Shown: positions 39,101-54,100 of the stretch, piece by piece | Layout: each line of letters opens with the position of its first letter | How positions within the stretch are numbered: the stretch's first letter is position 1 | Source of the DNA: Auanema rhodensis | Lineage: Eukaryota; Animalia; Nematoda | Assembly: GCA_964057225.1 (NCBI GenBank) | Contig: OZ059894.1 | Span: 22,134,001-22,198,000, forward strand | Reading direction: 5' to 3' | DNA: 64,000 nucleotides | The notes under the pieces: model-generated | Told to the model about the DNA's origin: nothing | Seen by the model: the letters and a program-made list of their open reading frames with translations, nothing else | Databases searched by the model: none | Position numbers and translations under genes: made by a program

Positions 39101-42100
39101 TTTGTATTAAGCGTTTCTCAATGTAGTATAGTGCATTCGATGCGGATTTTTAAGCTGCGTCGATCTGTGTTATCAGATTTGCGCTAGCTTAAAAATGCAC
39201 CGAGATATCAACTGATGTAAGTTCACACTTATATCCTCGATTTTCACCCTGAAGAATTAATTTTTTCGTTGAATAACATTGTCCATCTTCTTTGCCTTGA
39301 AAAAAGGAATCTAAAAACATCTACTTTTTGCTAAATTATTTTGAAATTTTTCGAAAAAATTTTTGTCAAAATGTTTTTGGAAGCAATGTTGAGTGTACAT
39401 GGAAACTCAACATACACTAATGCATCATTTTTCAAACGATCATAACTAATTTTTGTATCAAGCGTTTCTTGATGTAGTATAGTGCATTCGATGCGGATTT
39501 TTAAGCTGCGTCGATCTGTGTTATCAGATTTGCGCTAGCTTAAAAATGCACCGAGATATCAACTGATATAAGTTCACACTTATATCCTCGATTTTCACCC
39601 TGAAGAATTAATTTTTTCGTTGAATAACATTGTCTATCGTCTTTGCCTTGAAAAATGGAATCTAAAAACATCTACTTTTTGCTAAATTATTTTGAAATTT
39701 TTCGAAAAAATTTATGTCAAAATGTTTTTGGAAGCAATGTTGAGTGTACATGGAAACTCAACATACACTAATGCATCATTTTTCAAACGATCATAACTAA
39801 TTTTTGTATCAAGCGTTTCTTGATGTAGTATAGTGCATTCGATGCGGATTTTTAAGCTGCGTCGATCTGTGTTATCAGATTTGCGCTAGCTTAAAAATGC
39901 ACCGAGATATCATTTGATATAAGTTCACACTTATATCCTCGATTTTCACCCTGAAGAATTAATTTTTTCGTTGAATAACATTGTCCATCGTCTTTGCCTT
40001 AAAAAAAAGAATCTAAAAACATCTACTTTTTGCTAAATTATTCTGAAATTTTTCGAAAAAATTTTTGTCAAAATGTTTTTGGAAGCAATGTTGAGTGTAC
40101 ATGGAAACTCAACATACACTAATGCATCATTTTTCAAACGATCATAACTAATTTGTGTATTAAGCGTTTCTTGATGTAGTATAGTGCATTCGATGCGGAT
40201 TTTTAAGCTGCGTCGATCTGTGTTATCAGATTTGCGCTAGCTTAAAAATGCACCGAGATATCAACTGATATAAGTTCACACTTATATCCTCGATTTTCAC
40301 CCTGAAGAATTAATTTTTTCGTTGAATAACATTGTCCATCGTCTTTGCCTTAAAAAAAGGAATCTAAAAACATCTACTTTTTGCTAAATTATTTTGAAAT
40401 TTTTCGAAAAAATTTTTGTCAAAATGTTTTTGGAAGCAATGTTGAGTGTACATGGAAACTCAACATACACTAATGCATCATTTTTCAAACGATCATAACT
40501 AATTTTTGTATCAAGCGTTTCTTGATGTAGTATAGTGCATTCGATGCGGATTTTTAAGCTGCGTCGATCTGTGTTATCAGATTTGCGCTAGCTTAAAAAT
40601 GCACCGAGATATCAACTGATATAAGTTCACACTTATATCCTCGATTTTCACCCTGAAGAATTAATTTTTTCGTTGAATAACATTGTCCATCGTCTTTGCC
40701 TTAAAAAAAGGAATCTAAAAACATCTACTTTTTGCTAAATTATTCTGAAATTTTTCGAAAAAATTTTTGTCAAAATGTTTTTGGAAGCAATGTTGAGTGT
40801 ACATGGAAACTCAACATACACTAATGCATCATTTTTCAAACGATCATAACTAATTTGTGTATTAAGCGTTTCTTGATGTAGTATAGTGCATCCGATGCGG
40901 ATTTTTAAGCTGCGTCGATCTGTGTTATCAGATTTGCGCTAGCTTAAAAATGCACCGAGATATCAACTGATATAAGTTCACACTTATATCCTCGATTTTC
41001 ACCCTGAAGAATTAATTTTTTCGTTGAATAACATTGTCCATCGTCTTTGCCTTAAAAAAAGGAATCTAAAAACATCTACTTTTTGCTAAATTATTCTGAA
41101 ATTTTTCGAAAAAATTTTTGTCAAAATGTTTTTGGAAGCAATGTTGAGTGTACATGGAAACTCAACATACACTAATGCATCATTTTTCAAACGATCATAA
41201 CTAATTTGTGTATTAAGCGTTTCTTGATGTAGTATAGTGCATTCGATGCGGATTTTTAAGCTGCGTCGATCTGTGTTATCAGATTTGCGCTAGCTTAAAA
41301 ATGCACCGAGATATCAACTGATATAAGTTCACACTTATATCCTCGATTTTCACCCTGAAGAATTAATTTTTTCGTTGAATAACATTGTCCATCTTTTTTG
41401 CCTTGAAAAAAGGAATCTAAAAACATCTACTTTTTGCTAAATTATTTTGAAATTTTTCGAAAAAATTTTTGTCAAAATGTTTTTGGAAGCAATGTTGAGT
41501 GTACATGGAAACTCAACATACACTAATGCATCATTTTTCAAACGATCATAACTAATTTTTGTATCAAGCGTTTCTTGATGTAGTATAGTGCATTCGATGC
41601 GGATTTTTAAGCTGCGTCGATCTGTGTTATCAGATTTGCGCTAGCTTAAAAATGCACCGAGATATCAACTGATATAAGTTCACACTTATATCCTCGATTT
41701 TCACCCTGAAGAATTAATTTTTTCGTTGAATAACATTGTCCATCGTCTTTGCCTTAAAAAAAGGAATCTAAAAACATCTACTTTTTGCTAAATTATTTTG
41801 AAATTTTTCGAAAAAATTTTTGTCAAAATGTTTTTGGAAGCAATGTTGAGTGTACATGGAAACTCAACATACACTAATGCATCATTTTTCAAACGAACAT
41901 AACTAATTTTTTTATCAAGCGTTTCTCAATGTAGTATAGTGCATTCGATGCGGATTTTTAAGCTGCGTCGATCTGTGTTATCAAATTTGCGCTAGCTTAA
42001 AAATGCACCGAGATATCAACTGATATAAGTTCACACTTATATCCTCGATTTTCACCCTGAAGAATTAATTTTTTCGTTGAATAACATTGTCCATCGTCTT

Positions 42101-45100
42101 TGCCTTAAAAACGGGAATCTAAAAACATCTACTTTTTGCTAAATTATTTTGAAATTTTTCGAAAAAATTTTTGTCAAAATGTTTTTGGAAGCAATGTTGA
42201 GTGTACATGGAAACTCAACATACACTAATGCATCATTTTTCAAACGATCAAAACTAATTTTTGTATTAAGCGTTTCTTAATGTAGTATAGTGCATTCGAT
42301 GCGGATTTTTAAGCTGCGTCGATCTGTGTTATCAGATTTGCGCTAGCTTAAAAATGCACCGAGATATCAACTGATGTAAGTTCACACTTATATCCTCGAT
42401 TTTCACCCTGAAGAATTAATTTTTTCGTTGAATAACATTGTCCATCTTCTTTGCCTTGAAAAAAGGAATCTAAAAACATCTACTTTTTGCTAAATTATTT
42501 TGAAATTTTTCGAAAAAATTTTTGTCAAAATGTTTTTGGAAGCAATGTTGAGTGTACATGGAAACTCAACATACACTAATGCATCATTTTTCAAACGATC
42601 ATAACTAATTTTTGTATCAAGCGTTTCTTGATGTAGTATAGTGCATTCGATGCGGATTTTTAAGCTGCGTCGATCTGTGTTATCAGATTTGCGCTAGCTT
42701 AAAAATGCACCGAGATATCAACTGATATAAGTTCACACTTATATCCTCGATTTTCACCCTGAAGAATTAATTTTTTCGTTGAATAACATTGTCTATCGTC
42801 TTTGCCTTGAAAAATGGAATCTAAAAACATCTACTTTTTGCTAAATTATTTTGAAATTTTTCGAAAAAATTTTTGTCAAAATGTTTTTGGAAGCAATGTT
42901 GAGTGTACATGGAAACTCAACATACACTAATGCATCATTTTTCAAACGATCATAACTAATTTTTGTATCAAGCGTTTCTTGATGTAGTATAGTGCATTCG
43001 ATGCGGATTTTTAAGCTGCGTCGATCTGTGTTATCAGATTTGCGCTAGCTTAAAAATGCACCGAGATATCAACTGATATAAGTTCACACTTATATCCTCG
43101 ATTTTCACCCTGAAGAATTAATTTTTTCGTTGAATAACATTGTCCATCGTCTTTGCCTTAGAAAAAGGAATCTAAAAACATCTACTTTTTGCTAAATTAT
43201 TCTGAAATTTTTCGAAAAAATTTTTGTCAAAATGTTTTTGGAAGCAATGTTGAGTGTACATGGAAACTCAACATACACTAATGCATCATTTTTCAAACGA
43301 TCATAACTAATTTGTGTATTAAGCGTTTCTTGATGTAGTATAGTGCATTCGATGCGGATTTTTAAGCTGCGTCGATCTGTGTTATCAGATTTGCGCTAGC
43401 TTAAAAATGCACCGAGATATCAACTGATATAAGTTCACACTTATATCCTCGATTTTCACCCTGAAGAATTAATTTTTTCGTTGAATAACATTGTCCATCG
43501 TCTTTGCCTTAAAAAAAGGAATCTAAAAACATCTACTTTTTGCTAAATTATTTTGAAATTTTTCGAAAAAATTTTTGTCAAAATGTTTTTGGAAGCAATG
43601 TTGAGTGTACATGGAAACTCAACATACACTAATGCATCATTTTTCAAACGATCATAACTAATTTTTGTATCAAGCGTTTCTTGATGTAGTATAGTGCATT
43701 CGATGCGGATTTTTAAGCTGCGTCGATCTGTGTTATCAGATTTGCGCTAGCTTAAAAATGCACCGAGATATCAACTGATATAAGTTCACACTTATATCCT
43801 CGATTTTCACCCTGAAGAATTAATTTTTTCGTTGAATAACATTGTCTATCGTCTTTGCCTTGAAAAATGGAATCTAAAAACATCTACTTTTTGCTAAATT
43901 ATTTTGAAATTTTTCGAAAAAATTTTTGTCAAAATGTTTTTGGAAGCAATGTTGAGTGTACATGGAAACTCAACATACACTAATGCATCATTTTTCAAAC
44001 GATCATAACTAATTTTTGTATCAAGCGTTTCTTGATGTAGTATAGTGCATTCGATGCGGATTTTTAAGCTGCGTCGATCTGTGTTATCAGATTTGCGCTA
44101 GCTTAAAAATGCACCGAGATATCAACTGATATAAGTTCACACTTATATCCTCGATTTTCACCCTGAAGAATTAATTTTTTCGTTGAATAACATTGTCCAT
44201 CGTCTTTGCCTTAAAAAAAGGAATCTAAAAACATCTACTTTTTGCTAAATTATTCTGAAATTTTTCGAAAAAATTTTTGTCAAAATGTTTTTGGAAGCAA
44301 TGTTGAGTGTACATGGAAACTCAACATACACTAATGCATCATTTTTCAAACGATCATAACTAATTTTTGTATCAAGCGTTTCTTGATGTAGTATAGTGCA
44401 TTCGATGCGGATTTTTAAGCTGCGTCGATCTGTGTTATCAGATTTGCGCTAGCTTAAAAATGCACCGAGATATCAACTGATATAAGTTCACACTTATATC
44501 CTCGATTTTCACCCTGAAGAATTAATTTTTTCGTTGAATAACATTGTCCATCGTCTTTGCCTTAAAAAAAGGAATCTAAAAACATCTACTTTTTGCTAAA
44601 TTATTCTGAAATTTTTCGAAAAAATTTTTGTCAAAATGTTTTTGGAAGCAATGTTGAGTGTACATGGAAACTCAACATACACTAATGCATCATTTTTCAA
44701 ACGATCATAACTAATTTGTGTATTAAGCGTTTCTTGATGTAGTATAGTGCATTCGATGCGGATTTTTAAGCTGCGTCGATCTGTGTTATCAGATTTGCGC
44801 TAGCTTAAAAATGCACCGAGATATCAACTGATATAAGTTCACACTTATATCCTCGATTTTCACCCTGAAGAATTAATTTTTTCGTTGAATAACATTGTCC
44901 ATCGTCTTTGCCTTAAAAAAAGGAATCTAAAAACATCTACTTTTTGCTAAATTATTCTGAAATTTTTCGAAAAAATTTTTGTCAAAATGTTTTTGGAAGC
45001 AATGTTGAGTGTACATGGAAACTCAACATACACTAATGCATCATTTTTCAAACGATCATAACTAATTTTTGTATCAAGCGTTTCTTGATGTAGTATAGTG

Positions 45101-48100
45101 CATTCGATGCGGATTTTTAAGCTGCGTCGATCTGTGTTATCAGATTTGCGCTAGCTTAAAAATGCACCGAGATATCAACTGATATAAGTTCACACTTATA
45201 TCCTCGATTTTCACCCTGAAGAATTAATTTTTTCGTTGAATAACATTGTCCATCGTCTTTGCCTTAAAAAAAGGAATCTAAAAACATCTACTTTTTGCTA
45301 AATTATTCTGAAATTTTTCGAAAAAATTTTTGTCAAAATGTTTTTGGAAGCAATGTTGAGTGTACATGGAAACTCAACATACACTAATGCATCATTTTTC
45401 AAACGATCATAACTAATTTTTGTATCAAGCGTTTCTTGATGTAGTATAGTGCATTCGATGCGGATTTTTAAGCTGCGTCGATCTGTGTTATCAGATTTGC
45501 GCTAGCTTAAAAATGCACCGAGATATCAACTGATATAAGTTCACACTTATATCCTCGATTTTCACCCTGAAGAATTAATTTTTTCGTTGAATAACATTGT
45601 CCATCGTCTTTGCCTTAAAAAAAGGAATCTAAAAACATCTACTTTTTGCTAAATTATTCTGAAATTTTTCGAAAAAATTTTTGTCAAAATGTTTTTGGAA
45701 GCAATGTTGAGTGTACATGGAAACTCAACATACACTAATGCATCATTTTTCAAACGATCATAACTAATTTGTGTATTAAGCGTTTCTTGATGTAGTATAG
45801 TGCATTCGATGCGGATTTTTAAGCTGCGTCGATCTGTGTTATCAGATTTGCGCTAGCTTAAAAATGCACCGAGATATCAACTGATATAAGTTCACACTTA
45901 TATCCTCGATTTTCACCCTGAAGAATTAATTTTTTCGTTGAATAACATTGTCCATCGTCTTTGCCTTAAAAAAAGGAATCTAAAAACATCTACTTTTTGC
46001 TAAATTATTCTGAAATTTTTCGAAAAAATTTTTGTCAAAATGTTTTTGGAAGCAATGTTGAGTGTACATGGAAACTCAACATACACTAATGCATCATTTT
46101 TCAAACGATCATAACTAATTTTTGTATCAAGCGTTTCTTGATGTAGTATAGTGCATTCGATGCGGATTTTTAAGCTGCGTCGATCTGTGTTATCAGATTT
46201 GCGCTAGCTTAAAAATGCACCGAGATATCAACTGATATAAGTTCACACTTATATCCTCGATTTTCACCCTGAAGAATTAATTTTTTCGTTGAATAACATT
46301 GTCCATCGTCTTTGCCTTAAAAAAAGGAATCTAAAAACATCTACTTTTTGCTAAATTATTCTGAAATTTTTCGAAAAAATTTTTGTCAAAATGTTTTTGG
46401 AAGCAATGTTGAGTGTACATGGAAACTCAACATACACTAATGCATCATTTTTCAAACGATCATAACTAATTTTTGTATCAAGCGTTTCTTGATGTAGTAT
46501 AGTGCATTCGATGCGGATTTTTAAGCTGCGTCGATCTGTGTTATCAGATTTGCGCTAGCTTAAAAATGCACCGAGATATCAACTGATATAAGTTCACACT
46601 TATATCCTCGATTTTCACCCTGAAGAATTAATTTTTTCGTTGAATAACATTGTCCATCGTCTTTGCCTTAAAAAAAGGAATCTAAAAACATCTACTTTTT
46701 GCTAAATTATTCTGAAATTTTTCGAAAAAATTTTTGTCAAAATGTTTTTGGAAGCAATGTTGAGTGTACATGGAAACTCAACATACACTAATGCATCATT
46801 TTTCAAACGATCATAACTAATTTGTGTATTAAGCGTTTCTTGATGTAGTATAGTGCATTCGATGCGGATTTTTAAGCTGCGTCGATCTGTGTTATCAGAT
46901 TTGCGCTAGCTTAAAAATGCACCGAGATATCAACTGATATAAGTTCACACTTATATCCTCGATTTTCACCCTGAAGAATTAATTTTTTCGTTGAATAACA
47001 TTGTCCATCGTCTTTGCCTTAAAAAAAGGAATCTAAAAACATCTACTTTTTGCTAAATTATTTTGAAATTTTTCGAAAAAATTTTTGTCAAAATGTTTTT
47101 GGAAGCAATGTTGAGTGTACATGGAAACTCAACATACACTAATGCATCATTTTTCAAACGATCATAACTAATTTTTGTATCAAGCGTTTCTTGATGTAGT
47201 ATAGTGCATTCGATGCGGATTTTTAAGCTGCGTCGATCTGTGTTATCAGATTTGCGCTAGCTTAAAAATGCACCGAGATATCAACTGATATAAGTTCACA
47301 CTTATATCCTCGATTTTCACCCTGAAGAATTAATTTTTTCGTTGAATAACATTGTCCATCGTCTTTGCCTTAAAAAAAGGAATCTAAAAACATCTACTTT
47401 TTGCTAAATTATTCTGAAATTTTTCGAAAAAATTTTTGTCAAAATGTTTTTGGAAGCAATGTTGAGTGTACATGGAAACTCAACATACACTAATGCATCA
47501 TTTTTCAAACGATCATAACTAATTTGTGTATTAAGCGTTTCTTGATGTAGTATAGTGCATTCGATGCGGATTTTTAAGCTGCGTCGATCTGTGTTATCAG
47601 ATTTGCGCTAGCTTAAAAATGCACCGAGATATCAACTGATATAAGTTCACACTTATATCCTCGATTTTCACCCTGAAGAATTAATTTTTTCGTTGAATAA
47701 CATTGTCCATCGTCTTTGCCTTAAAAAAAGGAATCTAAAAACATCTACTTTTTGCTAAATTATTCTGAAATTTTTCGAAAAAATTTTTGTCAAAATGTTT
47801 TTGGAAGCAATGTTGAGTGTACATGGAAACTCAACATACACTAATGCATCATTTTTCAAACGATCATAACTAATTTTTGTATCAAGCGTTTCTTGATGTA
47901 GTATAGTGCATTCGATGCGGATTTTTAAGCTGCGTCGATCTGTGTTATCAGATTTGCGCTAGCTTAAAAATGCACCGAGATATCAACTGATATAAGTTCA
48001 CACTTATATCCTCGATTTTCACCCTGAAGAATTAATTTTTTCGTTGAATAACATTGTCCATCGTCTTTGCCTTAAAAAAAGGAATCTAAAAACATCTACT

Positions 48101-51100
48101 TTTTGCTAAATTATTCTGAAATTTTTCGAAAAAATTTTTGTCAAAATGTTTTTGGAAGCAATGTTGAGTGTACATGGAAACTCAACATACACTAATGCAT
48201 CATTTTTCAAACGATCATAACTAATTTTTGTATCAAGCGTTTCTTGATGTAGTATAGTGCATTCGATGCGGATTTTTAAGCTGCGTCGATCTGTGTTATC
48301 AGATTTGCGCTAGCTTAAAAATGCACCGAGATATCAACTGATATAAGTTCACACTTATATCCTCGATTTTCACCCTGAAGAATTAATTTTTTCGTTGAAT
48401 AACATTGTCCATCGTCTTTGCCTTAAAAAAAGGAATCTAAAAACATCTACTTTTTGCTAAATTATTTTGAAATTTTTCGAAAAAATTTTTGTCAAAATGT
48501 TTTTGGAAGCAATGTTGAGTGTACATGGAAACTCAACATACACTAATGCATCATTTTTCAAACGATCATAACTAATTTTTGTATCAAGCGTTTCTTGATG
48601 TAGTATAGTGCATTCGATGCGGATTTTTAAGCTGCGTCGATCTGTGTTATCAGATTTGCGCTAGCTTAAAAATGCACCGAGATATCAACTGATATAAGTT
48701 CACACTTATATCCTCGATTTTCACCCTGAAGAATTAATTTTTTCGTTGAATAACATTGTCCATCGTCTTTGCCTTAAAAAAAGGAATCTAAAAACATCTA
48801 CTTTTTGCTAAATTATTCTGAAATTTTTCGAAAAAATTTTTGTCAAAATGTTTTTGGAAGCAATGTTGAGTGTACATGGAAACTCAACATACACTAATGC
48901 ATCATTTTTCAAACGATCATAACTAATTTGTGTATTAAGCGTTTCTTGATGTAGTATAGTGCATTCGATGCGGATTTTTAAGCTGCGTCGATCTGTGTTA
49001 TCAGATTTGCGCTAGCTTAAAAATGCACCGAGATATCAACTGATATAAGTTCACACTTATATCCTCGATTTTCACCCTGAAGAATTAATTTTTTCGTTGA
49101 ATAACATTGTCCATCGTCTTTGCCTTAAAAAAAGGAATCTAAAAACATCTACTTTTTGCTAAATTATTCTGAAATTTTTCGAAAAAATTTTTGTCAAAAT
49201 GTTTTTGGAAGCAATGTTGAGTGTACATGGAAACTCAACATACACTAATGCATCATTTTTCAAACGATCATAACTAATTTTTGTATCAAGCGTTTCTTGA
49301 TGTAGTATAGTGCATTCGATGCGGATTTTTAAGCTGCGTCGATCTGTGTTATCAGATTTGCGCTAGCTTAAAAATGCACCGAGATATCAACTGATATAAG
49401 TTCACACTTATATCCTCGATTTTCACCCTGAAGAATTAATTTTTTCGTTGAATAACATTGTCCATCGTCTTTGCCTTAAAAAAAGGAATCTAAAAACATC
49501 TACTTTTTGCTAAATTATTCTGAAATTTTTCGAAAAAATTTTTGTCAAAATGTTTTTGGAAGCAATGTTGAGTGTACATGGAAACTCAACATACACTAAT
49601 GCATCATTTTTCAAACGATCATAACTAATTTTTGTATCAAGCGTTTCTTGATGTAGTATAGTGCATTCGATGCGGATTTTTAAGCTGCGTCGATCTGTGT
49701 TATCAGATTTGCGCTAGCTTAAAAATGCACCGAGATATCAACTGATATAAGTTCACACTTATATCCTCGATTTTCACCCTGAAGAATTAATTTTTTCGTT
49801 GAATAACATTGTCCATCGTCTTTGCCTTAAAAAAAGGAATCTAAAAACATCTACTTTTTGCTAAATTATTCTGAAATTTTTCGAAAAAATTTTTGTCAAA
49901 ATGTTTTTGGAAGCAATGTTGAGTGTACATGGAAACTCAACATACACTAATGCATCATTTTTCAAACGATCATAACTAATTTGTGTATTAAGCGTTTCTT
50001 GATGTAGTATAGTGCATTCGATGCGGATTTTTAAGCTGCGTCGATCTGTGTTATCAGATTTGCGCTAGCTTAAAAATGCACCGAGATATCAACTGATATA
50101 AGTTCACACTTATATCCTCGATTTTCACCCTGAAGAATTAATTTTTTCGTTGAATAACATTGTCCATCGTCTTTGCCTTAAAAAAAGGAATCTAAAAACA
50201 TCTACTTTTTGCTAAATTATTCTGAAATTTTTCGAAAAAATTTTTGTCAAAATGTTTTTGGAAGCAATGTTGAGTGTACATGGAAACTCAACATACACTA
50301 ATGCATCATTTTTCAAACGATCATAACTAATTTTTGTATCAAGCGTTTCTTGATGTAGTATAGTGCATTCGATGCGGATTTTTAAGCTGCGTCGATCTGT
50401 GTTATCAGATTTGCGCTAGCTTAAAAATGCACCGAGATATCAACTGATATAAGTTCACACTTATATCCTCGATTTTCACCCTGAAGAATTAATTTTTTCG
50501 TTGAATAACATTGTCTATCGTCTTTGCCTTGAAAAATGGAATCTAAAAACATCTACTTTTTGCTAAATTATTTTGAAATTTTTCGAAAAAATTTTTGTCA
50601 AAATGTTTTTGGAAGCAATGTTGAGTGTACATGGAAACTCAACATACACTAATGCATCATTTTTCAAACGATCATAACTAATTTTTGTATCAAGCGTTTC
50701 TTGATGTAGTATAGTGCATTCGATGCGGATTTTTAAGCTGCGTCGATCTGTGTTATCAGATTTGCGCTAGCTTAAAAATGCACCGAGATATCAACTGATA
50801 TAAGTTCACACTTATATCCTCGATTTTCACCCTGAAGAATTAATTTTTTCGTTGAATAACATTGTCCATCGTCTTTGCCTTAAAAAAAGGAATCTAAAAA
50901 CATCTACTTTTTGCTAAATTATTCTGAAATTTTTCGAAAAAATTTTTGTCAAAATGTTTTTGGAAGCAATGTTGAGTGTACATGGAAACTCAACATACAC
51001 TAATGCATCATTTTTCAAACGATCATAACTAATTTTTGTATCAAGCGTTTCTTGATGTAGTATAGTGCATTCGATGCGGATTTTTAAGCTGCGTCGATCT

Positions 51101-54100
51101 GTGTTATCAGATTTGCGCTAGCTTAAAAATGCACCGAGATATCAACTGATATAAGTTCACACTTATATCCTCGATTTTCACCCTGAAGAATTAATTTTTT
51201 CGTTGAATAACATTGTCTATCGTCTTTGCCTTGAAAAATGGAATCTAAAAACATCTACTTTTTGCTAAATTATTTTGAAATTTTTCGAAAAAATTTTTGT
51301 CAAAATGTTTTTGGAAGCAATGTTGAGTGTACATGGAAACTCAACATACACTAATGCATCATTTTTCAAACGATCATAACTAATTTGTGTATTAAGCGTT
51401 TCTCAATGTAGTATAGTGCATTCGATGCGGATTTTTAAGCTGCGTCGATCTGTGTTATCAGATTTGCGCTAGCTTAAAAATGCACCGAGATATCAACTGA
51501 TATAAGTTCACACTTATATCCTCGATTTTCACCCTGAAGAATTAATTTTTTCGTTGAATAACATTGTCTATCGTCTTTGCCTTGAAAAATGGAATCTAAA
51601 AACATCTACTTTTTGCTAAATTATTTTGAAATTTTTCGAAAAAATTTTTGTCAAAATGTTTTTGGAAGCAATGTTGAGTGTACATGGAAACTCAACATAC
51701 ACTAATGCATCATTTTTCAAACGATCATAACTAATTTTTGTATCAAGCGTTTCTTGATGTAGTATAGTGCATTCGATGCGGATTTTTAAGCTGCGTCGAT
51801 CTGTGTTATCAGATTTGCGCTAGCTTAAAAATGCACCGAGATATCAACTGATATAAGTTCACACTTATATCCTCGATTTTCACCCTGAAGAATTAATTTT
51901 TTCGTTGAATAACATTGTCCATCGTCTTTGCCTTAAAAAAAGGAATCTAAAAACATCTACTTTTTGCTAAATTATTCTGAAATTTTTCGAAAAAATTTTT
52001 GTCAAAATGTTTTTGGAAGCAATGTTGAGTGTACATGGAAACTCAACATACACTAATGCATCATTTTTCAAACGATCATAACTAATTTGTGTATTAAGCG
52101 TTTCTTGATGTAGTATAGTGCATTCGATGCGGATTTTTAAGCTGCGTCGATCTGTGTTATCAGATTTGCGCTAGCTTAAAAATGCACCGAGATATCAACT
52201 GATATAAGTTCACACTTATATCCTCGATTTTCACCCTGAAGAATTAATTTTTTCGTTGAATAACATTGTCCATCGTCTTTGCCTTAAAAAAAGGAATCTA
52301 AAAACATCTACTTTTTGCTAAATTATTCTGAAATTTTTCGAAAAAATTTTTGTCAAAATGTTTTTGGAAGCAATGTTGAGTGTACATGGAAACTCAACAT
52401 ACACTAATGCATCATTTTTCAAACGATCATAACTAATTTTTGTATCAAGCGTTTCTTGATGTAGTATAGTGCATTCGATGCGGATTTTTAAGCTGCGTCG
52501 ATCTGTGTTATCAGATTTGCGCTAGCTTAAAAATGCACCGAGATATCAACTGATATAAGTTCACACTTATATCCTCGATTTTCACCCTGAAGAATTAATT
52601 TTTTCGTTGAATAACATTGTCCATCGTCTTTGCCTTAAAAAAAGGAATCTAAAAACATCTACTTTTTGCTAAATTATTCTGAAATTTTTCGAAAAAATTT
52701 TTGTCAAAATGTTTTTGGAAGCAATGTTGAGTGTACATGGAAACTCAACATACACTAATGCATCATTTTTCAAACGATCATAACTAATTTTTGTATCAAG
52801 CGTTTCTTGATGTAGTATAGTGCATTCGATGCGGATTTTTAAGCTGCGTCGATCTGTGTTATCAGATTTGCGCTAGCTTAAAAATGCACCGAGATATCAA
52901 CTGATATAAGTTCACACTTATATCCTCGATTTTCACCCTGAAGAATTAATTTTTTCGTTGAATAACATTGTCCATCGTCTTTGCCTTAAAAAAAGGAATC
53001 TAAAAACATCTACTTTTTGCTAAATTATTCTGAAATTTTTCGAAAAAATTTTTGTCAAAATGTTTTTGGAAGCAATGTTGAGTGTACATGGAAACTCAAC
53101 ATACACTAATGCATCATTTTTCAAACGATCATAACTAATTTTTGTATCAAGCGTTTCTTGATGTAGTATAGTGCATTCGATGCGGATTTTTAAGCTGCGT
53201 CGATCTGTGTTATCAGATTTGCGCTAGCTTAAAAATGCACCGAGATATCAACTGATATAAGTTCACACTTATATCCTCGATTTTCACCCTGAAGAATTAA
53301 TTTTTTCGTTGAATAACATTGTCCATCGTCTTTGCCTTGAAAAAAGAAATCTAAAAACATCTACTTTTTGCTAAATTATTTTGAAATTTTTCGAAAAAAT
53401 TTTTGTCAAAATGTTTTTGGAAGCAATGTTGAGTGTACATGGAAACTCAACATACACTAATGCATCATTTTTCAAACGATCATAACTAATTTGTGTATTA
53501 AGCGTTTCTTGATGTAGTATAGTGCATTCGATGCGGATTTTTAAGCTGCGTCGATCTGTGTTATCAGATTTGCGCTAGCTTAAAAATGCACCGAGATATC
53601 AACTGATATAAGTTCACACTTATATCCTCGATTTTCACCCTGAAGAATTAATTTTTTCGTTGAATAACATTGTCCATCGTCTTTGCCTTAAAAAAAGGAA
53701 TCTAAAAACATCTACTTTTTGCTAAATTATTTTGAAATTTTTCGAAAAAATTTTTGTCAAAATGTTTTTGGAAGCAATGTTGAGTGTACATGGAAACTCA
53801 ACATACACTAATGCATCATTTTTCAAACGATCATAACTAATTTTTGTATCAAACGTTTCTCAATGTAGTATAGTGCATTCGATGCGGATTTTTAAGCTGC
53901 GTCGATCTGTGTTATCAGATTTGCGCTAGCTTAAAAATGCACCGAGATATCAACTGATATAAGTTCACACTTATATCCTCGATTTTCACCCTGAAGAATT
54001 AATTTTTTCGTTGAATAACATTGTCCATCGTCTTTGCCTTGGAAAAAGGAATCTAAAAACATCTACTTTTTGCTGAATTATTCTGAAATTTTTCGAAAAA

